Shown in pieces: positions 1-12,387 of a stretch of DNA of 64,000 nucleotides (positions are counted from its first letter, which is position 1; every line of letters starts with the position of its first letter). This DNA is from Octopus sinensis. Its lineage: Eukaryota. Position numbers and translations under genes: made by a program. The stretch spans positions 154,442,001 through 154,506,000 of the forward strand of contig NC_042998.1 of the NCBI RefSeq assembly GCF_006345805.1. The letters are read 5' to 3'. Below the pieces are notes generated by a model, which saw only the letters and a program-made list of their open reading frames with translations, made no database searches and was not told where the DNA came from.

Positions 1-1012
1 ATGCTAATATGTGTGCTACATTAGGGCTTTATGAACAGTGCAAATGTGGACAGCTGAATTTAGGAGGGAAACAGAGAGTTTTGAAGATTACCCAAAGTCT
101 GGATATCCTGCAGCTGCCACCACCAAGGAAAACATTGATTGTGTTCACCACATGGTGGTGAATGACAGGTGATTAACTATAAATCAAATAGCCAATGCAT
201 AAGTGTATCCCGTGAGAGAGTTGAGAATAATCTGCACAATGAACTTGGCATGACAAAGGTTTCTGCTTGGTTGGTGCCATATCTTATGACACCTAATCAA
301 AAGTACACTGGTTGGATCACATCAAGAGAAAATATGACATTGATTCAGGCAAATTCAGCTGGTTTTCTTGAACATATCCTAACCCAGGATGAGTGCGGGC
401 TTCATCACTTTGAAACAAAGACAAAGAAACAATCCATGCAATGGAAACACTCCTTCTCACCTGTTCTAAAGAAGGCCAATGTTGTTTCATCTGCAGGAAA
501 GAAGATGGCCTCTGTGTTTAGAGGATGCAAAAGGCATTGTATGTATTAACTATCTTCAAATGGGCCACCCCTTCAATGGAGAGTACTATGCCAACTTGCT
601 GAGGCAGTTACAAAAGGCTATCAAAACCAAATGCCTAGGAAAACTGACAAAATCAGTTTTATTTCTTCAGGACAATGCTCCAGCACTCAAGTTGTTTGCT
701 TCAATGGCTACTGTGTGTGACTGTGGCTGGTTTATCATTGTCCCTATTCTCCTGATTTGGCCCCATCTGACTATCATCTGTTCCCCAACATGAAAAACAC
801 TTGGTTGGAAACCAGTATCACAGTGATGATAATGTCATATTTGGTGTTGATGATGCTTTTGATCAACAGGATGAAAGCTTCTTCACCAATGAGATCCAAG
901 CACTGCAACACTGATGTAAGAAGTCCATGAGCCACATGAAAACTAAACTTCATTTGGTCACATTCCATGCAAGTATCTCGGTCAGCCAGTAAACTTTTCA
1001 GCTAACCCTGAT
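1..1012 (+). mobile_element. Degraded mariner (DD34D-type) DNA transposon, 3' part, truncated by the window edge
   Basis: Frameshifted ORFs 169-549 and 479-793 give TQDEC.LHHFE.KTKKQSMQWKH...SAGKKMASVF, DAKGI..I.YL...NGEYYANLL.QL and LFLQDNAPA, followed by a decayed PYSPDLAPSD-like motif. A TIR-like end lies near 1012, followed by TA. Confidence 0.85.
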
Positions 1013-1216
1013 ATATATTGACCAAAAGATACCTCTCCAAATTATAATTTTTAAAAAATGGCACATACAAAAGAGCAAAAGAGAATATAACTTTACTAGC
1101 TTTATCATTTAACTAAATGTAACTGAAATGTTTTTGTAATGCCCAACACCAACATACCTGAAATATAAAGGAATTGTGATGCTGTAGATTATCTATTGTA
1201 ATGAAACTCATTTTAC

Positions 1217-1313
1217 CTGAATTGTTTGACCTTCTAAAATAATAGAGGATGGTGGTTTCAAAAACACCACTGGCTTTGAGGGTACCTCATTTCCAAGTTC
1301 TATGGCATGATCT
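1217..1313 (-). CDS. FAHD1: FAHD1 (fumarylacetoacetate hydrolase domain-containing 1, acylpyruvase/oxaloacetate decarboxylase), coding exon 2
   Basis: Minus-strand acceptor ttatttcccttcag| and donor CAG|gtaaaa bound a 97-nt exon encoding (R)DHAIELGNEVPSKPVVFLKPPSSIILEGQTIQ. This matches the FAH-family DHxxE...PxxFxK segment, and the phase joins exon 1 exactly. Confidence 0.9.
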
Positions 1314-2344
1314 CTGAAGGGAAATAATATATAATCACATTAAAAGATATTAATACCACAAGAAGTATGATAATCTATTATATTTTGCAATTTTTTTTTT
1401 CTCAGAAATATTTCTTTTGTCTTGAGCTCTGAAAAACCTTTTTTCAGTCTGTAAAACTCCTCTCAATACAAGAAAAGCAACAGTCATAAATTAATTTTCA
1501 TTATTTTCATTTTTTTTTTTAAAAGTTTTTTTTGTTTAAATTTAAGATCAGCTTCATATCAAGGTACACAGAGTTATATTTTTAATTGTTATTATCTAAA
1601 CTACCAATTCATTCAATCTGGTGTACTATTAATACTTATTTTAACAAAGGTCAGTGCAGAAAATACTCTTTCCTTTTTAATACAGAAAATACTCTTTCCT
1701 TTCTAAACTTCACTATGTGCTTTGCACTAGAATAATGCTTTTAGTTGCCAAAGACAGAGGACAAAGTCATCGGAGGAACAGAAAGAAGAATCTAAGACAG
1801 GTAATGGAGAAGAGATAAATGCAAAATTGTTAATGGAAACAAGGTAGTGTCATGCTTGAAAACATTTATAATCACCAAGAGAAATGGTTGCACAGCTTCC
1901 AGAATAGAAGATTACAAACTCTGAAATGGGCCATAAGTAAAATGCAGGTAAATCTCTTTCAACTTACACTCTTTCATCTTAAAATAACATTAGATAATGT
2001 TGTCCTGGGTTCCTTGCACACAGGAAAAAGATGGGATAGTCATGGCTGGAATTCCTTTGATCATAAGTTTGCTTGATCATGGGCTGCCCAGGGGTTAAAT
2101 GATAGTAGAAACAATAACAAGTACTGAAAATTTTCTCGCTCTTTGCCAATCCATTCAGGTATTACCTTAATTAATAAAATTTGTAAGAACAATAAACCAA
2201 TAGACAAGTGAAGAATTTAGTCCAGTTAATAGAGATTATACTGTGAAATAAACTACTTAACAAGTGCAGTGGGTATTTTCTTAAAGATAGACTGTCACAT
2301 TTCTCCATTATGTATTCAGAATGGCTATTTGTGTTGACAGCAGC

Positions 2345-2525
2345 ATGATAGATAATGCAATTAAGGATATGAAGACAGGGAAAGTTCATGGTCCATCAGG
2401 AGTTACCACTGAGATGCTTAAAATATCTGGTGGAGTAAAATAGAGTCTAGTCACCCGCATAGTTAATCAGGTTATTCAGAAAGGAGAAATCCCCAGTGAC
2501 TGGTGTAGCAGCATTATAGTTACCT
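2345..2525 (+). mobile_element. RTE LINE fragment
   Basis: Translates to GKVHGPSGVTTEMLKISGG..SLVTRIVNQVIQKGEIPSDWCSSIIV, the same region as the RTE ORF at 4613-4960. Confidence 0.75.
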
Positions 2526-2598
2526 TGCTGTTGAAATTAACTGTAATGTTTAACATTCCTTGTACAGAACTTTCATAGGATTTTGCTATCCCTTAATG

Positions 2599-2616
2599 AG
2601 AGTTGTAACCTTCATT

Positions 2617-2662
<46 letters not shown>
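2599..2662. repeat. (TA)n microsatellite
   Basis: Direct read. Confidence 0.95.
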
Positions 2663-2665
<3 letters not shown>

Positions 2666-3105
2666 TCATCATTTAATGTCCGCTTTCCATGCTAGCATGG
2701 GCTGGACGATTTGACTGAGGGCTGGCGAACCAGATGGCTGCACCAGGCTCCAATCTTGATCTGGCAGAGTTTCTACAGCTGAATGCCACCAGCACGGGCA
2801 CCAGTCAGGCGGTACTGGCAACGACCTCGCTCGAATCTTTTTACACGTGCCAGTGAAGCGACGTTGGTAACGATCACGCTCGAATGGTGCCCTTTTACGT
2901 GCCTACGGGTACAGAAGCCAGTTAGCTGCTCTGGCAACGATCACGCTCAGATTAGCACCCTACTAGCACTTGCACAAGTGCCAGTAAGGTGACGCTGGTA
3001 ACAATTGTACTCGAATGGTGCCCTTTTATGTACCACTGACACGGAAGCCAGTTAGCTGCTCTGTCAATGATCACACTTGTATGGTGCTCTTTGCACCCCG
3101 CTAGC
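2663..3105 (-). mobile_element. Abundant SINE / RTE-tail family copy with (GAT)n tail and internal ~105-bp tandem subrepeats
   Basis: Contains the catcatcat-tttaaygtccg-ttccatgctagcatggg core that recurs at least 11 times in the window, plus three internal tacgtgcc...gccagt...ggcaacgatcacgctc units. Confidence 0.8.
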
Positions 3106-3124
3106 ATGGATGCCAGTCATCGAA

Positions 3125-5195
3125 TTTATTTTGGTTTTGATTTCATTTGCCTCAACAGGTCTTCGCAAACAGAGTTTAGGGACCAAAGATGGAAAAGTTA
3201 CGCATAAGCGGGCTGGTTACGCTCCTGGCATAGGCCACAGGTTATGGTCTCATTTGGCTTGCTAGGTCTTCTCAAGCACAGCATATTTCCAAAAGTCTCG
3301 GTCGCTAGTCATTTCCTTGGTGAGGCCTAATGCTCAAAGATCATGCTTCACCACTTCATCCCAGGTCTTCCTGGGTCTACCTCTTCCACAGGTTCCCTCA
3401 ACTGCTAGGGTGTGGCACTTTTTCACACAACTATCCTCATCCATTCTCACCACATGACCATACCAGCGCAGTCATCTCTCTTGCACACCACATCTAATGC
3501 TTCTTAGGTCCAACTTTTCTCTCAAGGTACTTACACACTGAGATTACACATCCATCAGATCATACTGGCTTCATTCCTTGCAAGCTTACACATGTCCTCA
3601 GCAGTCACAGCCCATGTTTCACTGCCGTGTAGCATGGCTGTTCGTACACATGCATCATACAGTCTGCCTTTTACTCTGAGCGAGAGGCCCTTTGTCACCA
3701 GCAGAAGTAATAGCTCTCTGAACTTTGCCCAAGCTATTCTTATTCTAGCAGTTACACTTTCAGCGCACCCTCCTCTGCTACTGACTTGGTCACCTAGGTA
3801 ATGGAAGCTATCAACTACTTCTAGTTTTTCTCCCTGGAATGTGGTGGAGGTTGGTCTCTGCGCATTTTCAGTGTTTATCGCTCCCGAGCATCTGCCACAT
3901 ACAAAAACTATCTTCCCAGTTAGCCTTTCTTTGATATTACTGCACCTTTTATGTGTCCATCTTACAGAGTTTCTACCTATGCCTCTACTACAGATTGAGT
4001 AAGGCCATCTACCTGAAGGGATTTGTGGTTTGCCTACCTTCCTACTTATTAGGACTTTGGTTTTAGCTAGGTTGATTCTAAGGCACTTCGATTCTAATCC
4101 CTGTTTCCACACTTGAAACTTCTCCTCTAGTTTTGATAGTGACTCAGCAATTAGAGCAAGGTCATCAGCATAGAGGAGTTCCCAGGGGCATCCTGTCTTG
4201 AATTCCTCCATTATTGCCTGGAGGACTATGATAAATAGGAGGGGGCTGAGGACTGAATCCCTACCTCTACCTTGAATTCTTCAGTGTACTCGTTGCAACC
4301 CTTACCTTACAGCATCCCTGTACATGGCTTGCACAGCTCTCACTAACCATTCATCTACCCCTAGTTTCCTCATTGACCACCAGAGAAGGGATCGGGGGAC
4401 CTTGTCAAAGGCTTTCTCCATGTCAACGAAAGCCAGGTACAGGGGCTTATCTTTGGCTAGGTATTTCTCTGCAGCTGTCTTACCAGAAATATGGCATCAG
4501 CGGTGCTTTTCCCTTGCACGATACCAAACTGCATCTCATCCAAGCTGACTCTCTCCCTAATCAGTTGGGCTATGCTACACCAGTCATTGGGTATGACTCC
4601 TTCGTGTATCACCTAGTTAACTATACGGGTGACTAGGCTATAGCCGACACTGCCAGATATTTTGAGCATCTCTGCAGTAATTCCTGATGGGCCTGGGGCT
4701 TTCCCTGTCTTCATGCTTCTAATTGCCTCAACTACCAAGGAACTGTCAACTCGGATAGCTGGTCCCTCTGTTGGGTCAACATTCGGCAGACTCTCTTTAT
4801 CCCATTCATTTTCTTGATTCAGCAACCTTTCATAGTGGCGTCTCCAAACCTCTCTCTTTGCATCCTCATTTAGCGCAAGTGAACCATCATCCATGCGAAC
4901 GCATTTCTCTCCTACCACATCACGATTCTCTCTCACACACTGTCTTGCAACACAAAACACCTCAAGTCTAGGTCCTCACAGTGCAGAACATTGGCAAATT
5001 TTTTCTTATCTGCTTCCCCTCTGGCAAAATAAACCTACCTGCTAGCCTCCCTTCTGGCAATCTGATATACTTCCCTGCTACCACCATTCTTCCAGTCCTT
5101 CCAAGCCTGTTTCTTTTGTCTAATAGCCTTGTCAACAACATTGTTCCACCACCACGTTACTTTGGGTCGAGAGGGGACTTTGCACCATCCACAGA
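3125..5195 (-). mobile_element. RTE-clade non-LTR retrotransposon, degraded, with internal deletions
   Basis: ORFs 3555-4211 (WELLYADDLALIAES, CVRTAMLHGSETW) and 4613-4960 (MKTGKAPGPSGITAEMLK); YLAFVDMEKAFDKVP reads near 4400-4440. Confidence 0.9.
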
Positions 5196-5249
5196 TCTGG
5201 TCCATGTATAATATATACATATATATATGTGTATGTAAGTATGTATATG

Positions 5250-5565
5250 TCATCATCATCATCATTTAACGTCCGTTTTCCATGCTAGCATGGGTCGGAT
5301 AGTTCAACAGGGGTCTGGGAAGCCAGGAGGCGGCACAAGCCTCCAGTCTGATCTGGCAGTGTTTCTACAGCTGGATGCCCTTCCTAACGCCAACCACTCC
5401 GTGAGTGTAGTGGGTGCTTTTTACGTGTCACTGGCACAGGGGCCAGAGGAGGTTGGCAAAAGGCCGCTTTTATGTGTCACCGACACAGATGCCAGTCAGG
5501 CAACGCTGGCATCAGCCACATTCAGACAGTGCTTTTTATGTGTCACCGGTACGGGTCTCTTAACT
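5250..5565 (-). mobile_element. SINE / RTE-tail family copy
   Basis: Same core as 2663-3105 and 6963-7275. Confidence 0.8.
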
Positions 5566-5569
5566 ACAG

Positions 5570-6858
5570 TTTCCATTTGATTTTTATTTTGATGTTGGTG
5601 TTGCCGTACTTGACTCAATAGGTCTCTTCAAGAACAGCAGGTTAGTCTACGATCCAAGATTAGCTCAGCAAGGTGTCCTGCGAGCCATGAACTCACTTCA
5701 TTTGTTGGGTCTTCACAGTCACAGCATATCTCAGAGGTCTTGGTCTTCGTCATTTCCTCTGTGAGGCCCTATTTGCACAGGTATCACAACTACAATATCC
5801 ATTCAATTTTTATTTTGATATTGATGCACTTGACTCAATAGGTCTCCTCAAACACAGCAGGCCGTCCTGCAAGCCATGAACTCACTTCATTTGTTGGGTC
5901 TTTGAAGTCACAGCATATCTCCAGAGGTCTTGGTCTTTCGTCATAGCCTCCGTGAGGCCCAACGTATGAAGGTTATGCTTGACCACCTCGACCCATGTCT
6001 TCTTGGGTCTACCTCTACTCCAGATTCCTTCAACGGTTTGGGAGTGGCACTTCTTCACACATCTCTCATCATCCATCTGTAGTACATGACCATACCAATG
6101 CAAACGTCTCTCCTGCACACTGCATCCGATGCTTCTTATGTCAAACATTTCTCTCAGGGTGCTTACACTCTGTTGTGCAAGGACACTGACATTACACAAC
6201 CAGCGGATCATGCTAGCTTCATTTCTTTCAAGCCTACATATGTCCTCTGCAGTCACAGCCCATGTTTCACTGCCGTGAAGCATGGCAGTTCACACACATG
6301 CGTCGTACAATCTACCTTTCACTCTGAGCGAGAGACCCTTTGTCGTCAGTAGGGGAAGAAGCTTCCTAAACTTTGCCCAGGCTATTCTTATTCTAGTGGT
6401 AACACTTGCTGAGCATCCACCCCAACTACTAACTTGGTCAACTAGGTAGCGGAAACTCTCAACTACTTCTAGTTTCTCCCCCAAGAGTGTAATGGAATCT
6501 GTTTTCTGATTATCAATGGTGTCTATTGCCCCTGTGCATCTGCTGCACGCAAAAGCTATCTTCTCGGTTAATTTTCCCTTGATGTTGCTGCACCTCTTAT
6601 GTGTCCATAGCTTACACTGGGTATACCTTATGGAGTTTCTACCTACACCTTTTCTACAGATCGAGCAGGGCCACCTACCTGAAGGGGTGTGTGATGAGTT
6701 TGCCTTCCTACTTACTGGAACTTTGGTCTTTGCTACATTGACTCTAAGGCCTTTTGATTCTAAACCCAGCTTCCACACACAAAATTTCTTCTCTAGTTCC
6801 AGTAGTGATTCTGCTATGAGGGCTAGGTCATCAGCATAGAGGAGTGCCCAGGGGCAAC
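5570..6858 (-). mobile_element. RTE LINE 3' fragments (two tandem 3' ends, 5'-truncated at the YADD region)
   Basis: ORFs 6290-6778 and 5882-6283 (RIAWAKFRKLLPLL, MLHGSETW, RGRPKKTW). Segment 5570-5770 repeats 5800-5960. Confidence 0.88.
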
Positions 6859-6896
6859 ATATATATATATATATTATATATATATATATATATAAG

Positions 6897-6952
<56 letters not shown>

Positions 6953-6960
6953 TATGTATA
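6859..6960. repeat. (TA)n microsatellite
   Basis: Direct read. Confidence 0.95.
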
Positions 6961-6962
6961 TA

Positions 6963-7275
6963 TCATCATCATCGTTTAACGTCCATTCTCCATGCTAGCA
7001 TGGGTTGGACGGTTCGACCGGGGATCTGGGAAGCCAGAAGGCTGCACCAGGCTCCAGTCTGATCTGGCAGTGTTTCTACAGCTGGATGCCCTTCCTAACG
7101 CCAACCAATCCGAGAGTAGTGGTTGCTTTTTATGTGCCACCTGCACAGGTGCCAAGCGAGGCTGGCAACGGCCATGATTGGATTGATGCATTTTACGTGC
7201 CACCGGCACGGAAGCCAGTCGAGGTGGCACTGGCATTGGCCACGATTCGGATAGTGCTTTTTACGTGCCACCAGC
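6963..7275 (-). mobile_element. SINE / RTE-tail family copy
   Basis: Same core sequence as the other copies. Confidence 0.8.
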
Positions 7276-7919
7276 ATAAATACATATTCATGTGTGTGTG
7301 TGTGTGTGTGTATGCTCGTGTGTCCATGTCCGTCCCCCCAACATCACCCGACAACCCCGCAATATATATATATATATATGCATATTGCATATATGGGTAC
7401 AGTTTGTCACCAACAGTAAACAACATGAAGTATGAAAACAAATGAGTTAAATATGCAAACAAGAGAAAAAATGGAAAACAGGACAAGTAACACAAATTTT
7501 AAATTCCTGCCACTCCATATCTGTCTAGCCTTAGACTGGCATCGAGTCAAATCACCACAGTTTATGCCCACTCACACACATGTTCACCTTTTTTACTGGG
7601 AGATATGTGACTGCAAACAGAACATATTCATGTAATGTTATAAGTTTTCCTTCAATTAACCTTGTATGTTAATGCATAACCTCCAGTAATAAAAGTTATG
7701 ACTTATTACAAGCGTCTCTTGAAATTTTATTTTCTTGTTTTTACAAACAAGATGGTGACCCCTCTTTCTCTCATACTGACTAAATTATAGTGTGTCATTA
7801 AGTCTACGTTATCACTATAAAATGGATAACCCTGACATCACTATGTGTTCATGTTTGAGGAGAATACATTGTTCAGGTGCACTAAAAAACATGAGGCCAA
7901 TTGCCCCAAATTACACAAT

Positions 7920-8330
7920 AATAAGTGTGATTGTGCATCGACCAAATGGCTGTGGCACTTCCACAAATATGACCGACCTCGAGTCTGATCTAACATTGCA
8001 TCCTATTAGTCGTTGGCAACAATTTAAGAGCTTGCTCAAAAATGAGGCTTCAATTATCAGGAGGTACAGTCTGTGTGGTATTGACACCAAGCACACTGGT
8101 AGAGTGAGCCATGTGTTGCCAAACCTGGTTCTTTATTTGAACAAATTCAAATATATAGACAATCAGATGGTCAGGATTAATTTGAAGCATTTACGGCCAG
8201 AGATTCTGATTGATGGGCTCAGTGTTGCACATGTTGACTAGAGCAGACTCAGGCCACTACACCAGCATTGTTCACAACCTAGAGAAATGGACCATCATTG
8301 ACGATGCCATCTCTTACAAGCAGTATATAG
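7920..8330 (+). pseudogene. Decayed intronless ubiquitin-specific protease (USP, peptidase C19-like) C-terminal domain
   Basis: ORF 7792-8241 contains YSLCG..KH...LPNLVLYLNKFKY....RIN...LSVAHVD. After a TAG and a frameshift, 8249-8310 reads SGHYTSIVHNLEKWTIIDDAIS, matching the USP His box (GHY...W...DD). No Cys box was found. Confidence 0.6.
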
Positions 8331-9027
8331 CTTTCCTGTGTAAACTGCTTAACAACTACCTGTTGTTCTTGGAAAAATTGAATTAAATTGAATTGAAATG
8401 AAATTAATTTTCAAGGCCAATATAAAGCAACAAGTATTATTTGATGAATCATTTGCTTGACAGTCAGACAGGAAATGTGACAAAGGAGGTGAGATATAAC
8501 TTTTTATCTCTATACAGTGCTTTATTTGAATAGCTTAAGCACATTTATGAATTTATTAGGATAATATGAATCTGGTCCCGCCATTGAGCTATATTATCTC
8601 AGTGGTGAATGACTGCAATTTTTTTTTCACTTTCCAGAGGTTGTTGGTCAGACTTGCAGCTTCCATGGCGATTTTTATTATAATACTGGAAAGTCATGTC
8701 ACTCGACCAGATTCTTGTAACCATTTATCTCTCCGTATGATAATAGACAAATACAACAATTATTATCGATTGTATCGTATATTTTTTAATATCACACTAT
8801 TTCAATTGGTCGGTATTTGGGTATCAGGTTATTAGAGGCTACCACACCATTAGGAGAAATACGGTACATATATAAAATATTACAAGCATTGCCTTAAAAA
8901 GTACAAAACTCTAACTGAAAAATGTGCATGCTCAAAAGGGTTACAGACTGTCATAATAAACCTTAAAAAGTATGGGATTAGCATTGTTGCTCAAAAATAT
9001 TGGAATCACTGTACATTCTGACGTGGA

Positions 9028-9572
9028 GGTGAAGAATATGCACACCACCTGTTTTTGGCGTCACAAAAACTCTAACCTTAATCCTAGCCCCAACTCTAAA
9101 CCTAACCCTAAACACTGGGTGGGCAAGACTTCCTTTTGTAACCCCTTTTTTTATTTAATTTTTTTTCTACACAACCCCACCATTTTTGGCAATGGAGAAC
9201 ACAATTCGGCAAAAAAATTGGCAAAAATCAGCATTTTTAAATCCCCCCCCACCTAAATTCTTCGTTTTCAACTTTTTTCACAATTTTTTTTTTTTTTTGT
9301 CAAAATATGTGAAAAAATACAGAGATTATGATCCTGAAAAAAATTTCCAAAATTTTTCTGCTTACGGTTAGGGTTTAGGGTTAGGGGAAAAAAGTGAAAA
9401 ATGAAGAAATTGGGGAGGAGGAAATGGTGGGGGACAAACAATTTCAAAATTACGATTTTTGGCAATTTTCCGGAGTCTCCGTATCTGAAAACGTGGGTTT
9501 TGAGGGAAAAAAAATTATTTAAAAGAAAAGGTGGGGAGGAAGTCTTTCTACCGGGTGTGCATATTCTTTACC
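9028..9572. mobile_element. MITE-like element 'X' with terminal IR GGT(G/A)AAGAATATGCACACC, internal AAGACTTCC/GGAAGTCTT IR and telomere-like tracts
   Basis: 9028-9046 is the near-perfect reverse complement of 9554-9572. 9124-9546 is the reverse complement of ~14120-15410 once the nested inserts are removed. No TSD was seen. Confidence 0.6.
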
Positions 9573-10197
9573 TTCGCCTTTTCTGTGGCATCCTTTTATC
9601 ACAAGAAATTTGTTTAGTTCATCGAAATTAAGTTGTATTAAAAATGAATTAAATTATTGTATACTAAATTTTAACAAAACAATTGTGTACAAAATACTAA
9701 TGTCATTTATTATGCCATAATTCAATCTATGAATGATAATTTTTATAAATTTACAAGTAATTAATCAAAAACAATTTAGTAATAATTTATTTAATTTTCA
9801 TATGTGTATCATAATGCGAATTATCTTTACTTATAATTATTTCGGTTTCGCACTTTTGCTGTGTAGTAAAAAAGTTTTGAAGCAGATATGTTTTGAAATA
9901 GACTGGAGTTGTTTAGTGAAAATTTTCTGTTGGCACTAAAGTTTAGATGAAGTCAATTTGAAAAGATTCTTTTCATTGGCTTAATAAATTATTAGCTGAA
10001 GCCGTCCTAGTTTTCGACCAAAAATTGTTCTGAAATATAGTTCCTGATGCTTATAGAAACCAAGGTTTTCTGATATTTTCCAGTGACTTTTAGGCTACCT
10101 TGTAGTGTTGAATTATTCTCACGCTCATGAAATAGACATGGCATTGTCTAATTTTCTTTATCATGACCTTATGTAATTTATCTAAAGTAGTTTGAGG

Positions 10198-10964
10198 GGA
10201 TCTTTTGAATGGCATATGTGAACACAATTTCTAGTTAACTAAACACTTTTAAACTTCGTATACTGGTAGAATGTGTTTATAAAACATAATTTTTTCTTGG
10301 CTTTATTGAGAAAATTCTATAGTTTGTAACATATTTCCACTTTAAAATCAAGCATTTCGGCAATTTTAACCAATCAAATACGTCCATTTGGAGTCAAAAC
10401 ATACCGTGCTGTATGAATATGTCCCTTGTTTAAGAAACAGATTGGGTTTATTTACATTTGCGAAGAAAAAAAAGATACCCTAACCCTACCCCTAAAATAG
10501 ATTGAAATGCAAAGATTGATACTAGGGTTATAATTATGGGTGACAATTTCACCGCTACGGAAAATGGGATTTTTTTCTAGCAGTGTCAAATGAAAATGTC
10601 ACCCATAATTATAACCCTAGTATCGATCTTTGCATTTCAATCTATTTTAGGGTTAGGTTTAGTTAGAGTTAGGGTTAGGGGTGGGGGAAGGATATCTTTT
10701 TTTCTTCGCAAATGTAAATAAACCCAATCTGTTTCTTAAACGAGGACATATTCATACAGCACGGTATGTTTTGACTCCAAATGGACGTATTTGATTGGTT
10801 AAAATTGCCGAAATGCTCGATTTTAAAGTGGAAATATGTTACAAACTATAGAATTTTCTCAATAAAGCCAAGAAAAAATGATGTTTTATAAACACATTCT
10901 AACAGTATACGAAGTTTAAAACTAGAAATTGTGTTGAAAACTGCCGTTCAAAAGGAAAAGATCC
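10198..10964. mobile_element. Foldback MITE 'B': inverted dimer of the GGATC-family monomer
   Basis: Termini GGATCTTTT...AAAAGATCC. The arms 10198-~10550 and ~10585-10964 are reverse complements. 8-bp flanks gtttgagg / gtttaaga (6/8 match). Confidence 0.8.
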
Positions 10965-11223
10965 GTTTAAGAAATTCAATACTTGTCATTCATCTCAACA
11001 AGTAAACTCTTTGAAGAAAACGAATTAGAAAAAGCCCTTTATCACATGCTTTCTTAAAAAAGGTAAACTATGGGAGAGCACTCCTGTTTTATTTATAATA
11101 CTGATTGAATTTGAATTTAATAAAGTAAATATTGAATAAGACTTTACGAGTCAGATTTTACATAATTTCTTCAGTATTTGTAAGAAAACAATATACGAGT
11201 TACGAATAACTGTAACCTTAAAA

Positions 11224-11300
11224 AGAAATAAACGAAGAACCACCCAACCAGGTAAAAAAGGTTAACCTTTTTTACCTGGTTGGGTGGTTCGTTTATTTCT
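11224..11300. repeat. Perfect spacerless 54-bp palindrome (11237-11290) with a 10-bp outer extension
   Basis: GAACCACCCAACCAGGTAAAAAAGGTT|AACCTTTTTTACCTGGTTGGGTGGTTC, checked base by base. Confidence 0.95.
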
Positions 11301-11746
11301 TCTTCGACTTCATCATAAATAGTTATTTTATTATCATGGTAATTTGCAAGCAGTGTGAAATATGTTTTTATATACTTTGGTATGAAGAGTATTTTAATGA
11401 ATTTACTTATTCGAAGTTAAGGACCATATTTTGTACATTTTCAAAGTTTTATAAGAACTCAATTTAATAATTATCGTGACATCATAATTCACACGAGTCG
11501 CTTTTCGTATTAAGATGCCACAAAATGTACAACATATAGTGATTGCAATATTTTTGAGCAACAATGCAAGTCCATACTTTTAAGGTTTATTATGAGTCTC
11601 TAACACTTTTGAGCGTGCACATTTTTCAATTCTAATATATTTATTGCTAAGTGTGACATCTGCCGTTAAGTTAGATCCATATTGTCTCCCCTTTATTTGT
11701 ACCTCCGTTTTAAAGACTACATATAGCATTTTTTCTAAGCATTTAG

Positions 11747-12387
11747 GGTACTATTTTAAAAGAGTGGTCCCGGTGCGCGCACTCGCGTATCCGCGGTAGC
11801 TAGTCGTGATTAGTCGATCCTTACTTTGTTTAAAAAAATTATTTACTTTGTGTTTATGTGTTTTATTTACTTTGTTTTAAAAAATTATTAGATCTTTTAG
11901 TTTTTGACATAATTTCTAGGTAACTAAAAAATCTTAAACTTCGTATACTGATAGAATGTATTTATTGAGGAAATTCTATAGTTTGTAAGATATTTGGTCT
12001 TTAATTTCTTGCATTTCGGCAATTTCAACCAATCAATGATCGTCTATTGAGGTGAAACCATTCTGTGCTGTATGAATATGTCCCTCGTTTAAGAAACAGA
12101 TTGGGTTTATTTACATTTCTGAAGAAAAAAAAAGATACCCTTCCCCCACAGCTAACCCTAAAAGAGATTGAAATGCAATAGATCGATTCTAGGGTCATAA
12201 TTATGGGCGACAATTTCATGACACCGCTAGGAAAACTGCCGTTCAAACCAAAAAGATCCAAATTATTTACTTTGTGTAAAAAAATTATGTTGTGTTTTAT
12301 TTACTTTGCTAGGTAGTCGTTGTAGGATCGACTAGTCACGACTAGTACGCGAGTGCGCGCACCGGGACACTTTTCTTAAATAGTACC
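11747..12387. mobile_element. MITE 'G' with ~70-bp GC-rich TIRs and a perfect 9-bp TSD (Merlin- or Mutator-like)
   Basis: GGTAC...GTACC termini. AGCATTTAG occurs at 11738-11746 and 12388-12396. The TIR includes cccggtgcgcgcactcgcgta / tacgcgagtgcgcgcaccggg. Confidence 0.85.
11890..12259 (+). mobile_element. GGATC-family MITE monomer 'D' nested in MITE G
   Basis: Right TIR aaactgccgttcaaaccaaaaagatcc. Perfect 8-bp TSD AAATTATT at 11882-11889 and 12260-12267. Same core as E and F. Confidence 0.85.

Noticed and set aside
1745-1801. Plus-strand exon-like segment (ttttag|...ACAG|gtaatg)
   Set aside because: It is antisense inside the FAHD1 intron, with no recognisable peptide and no partner exons.
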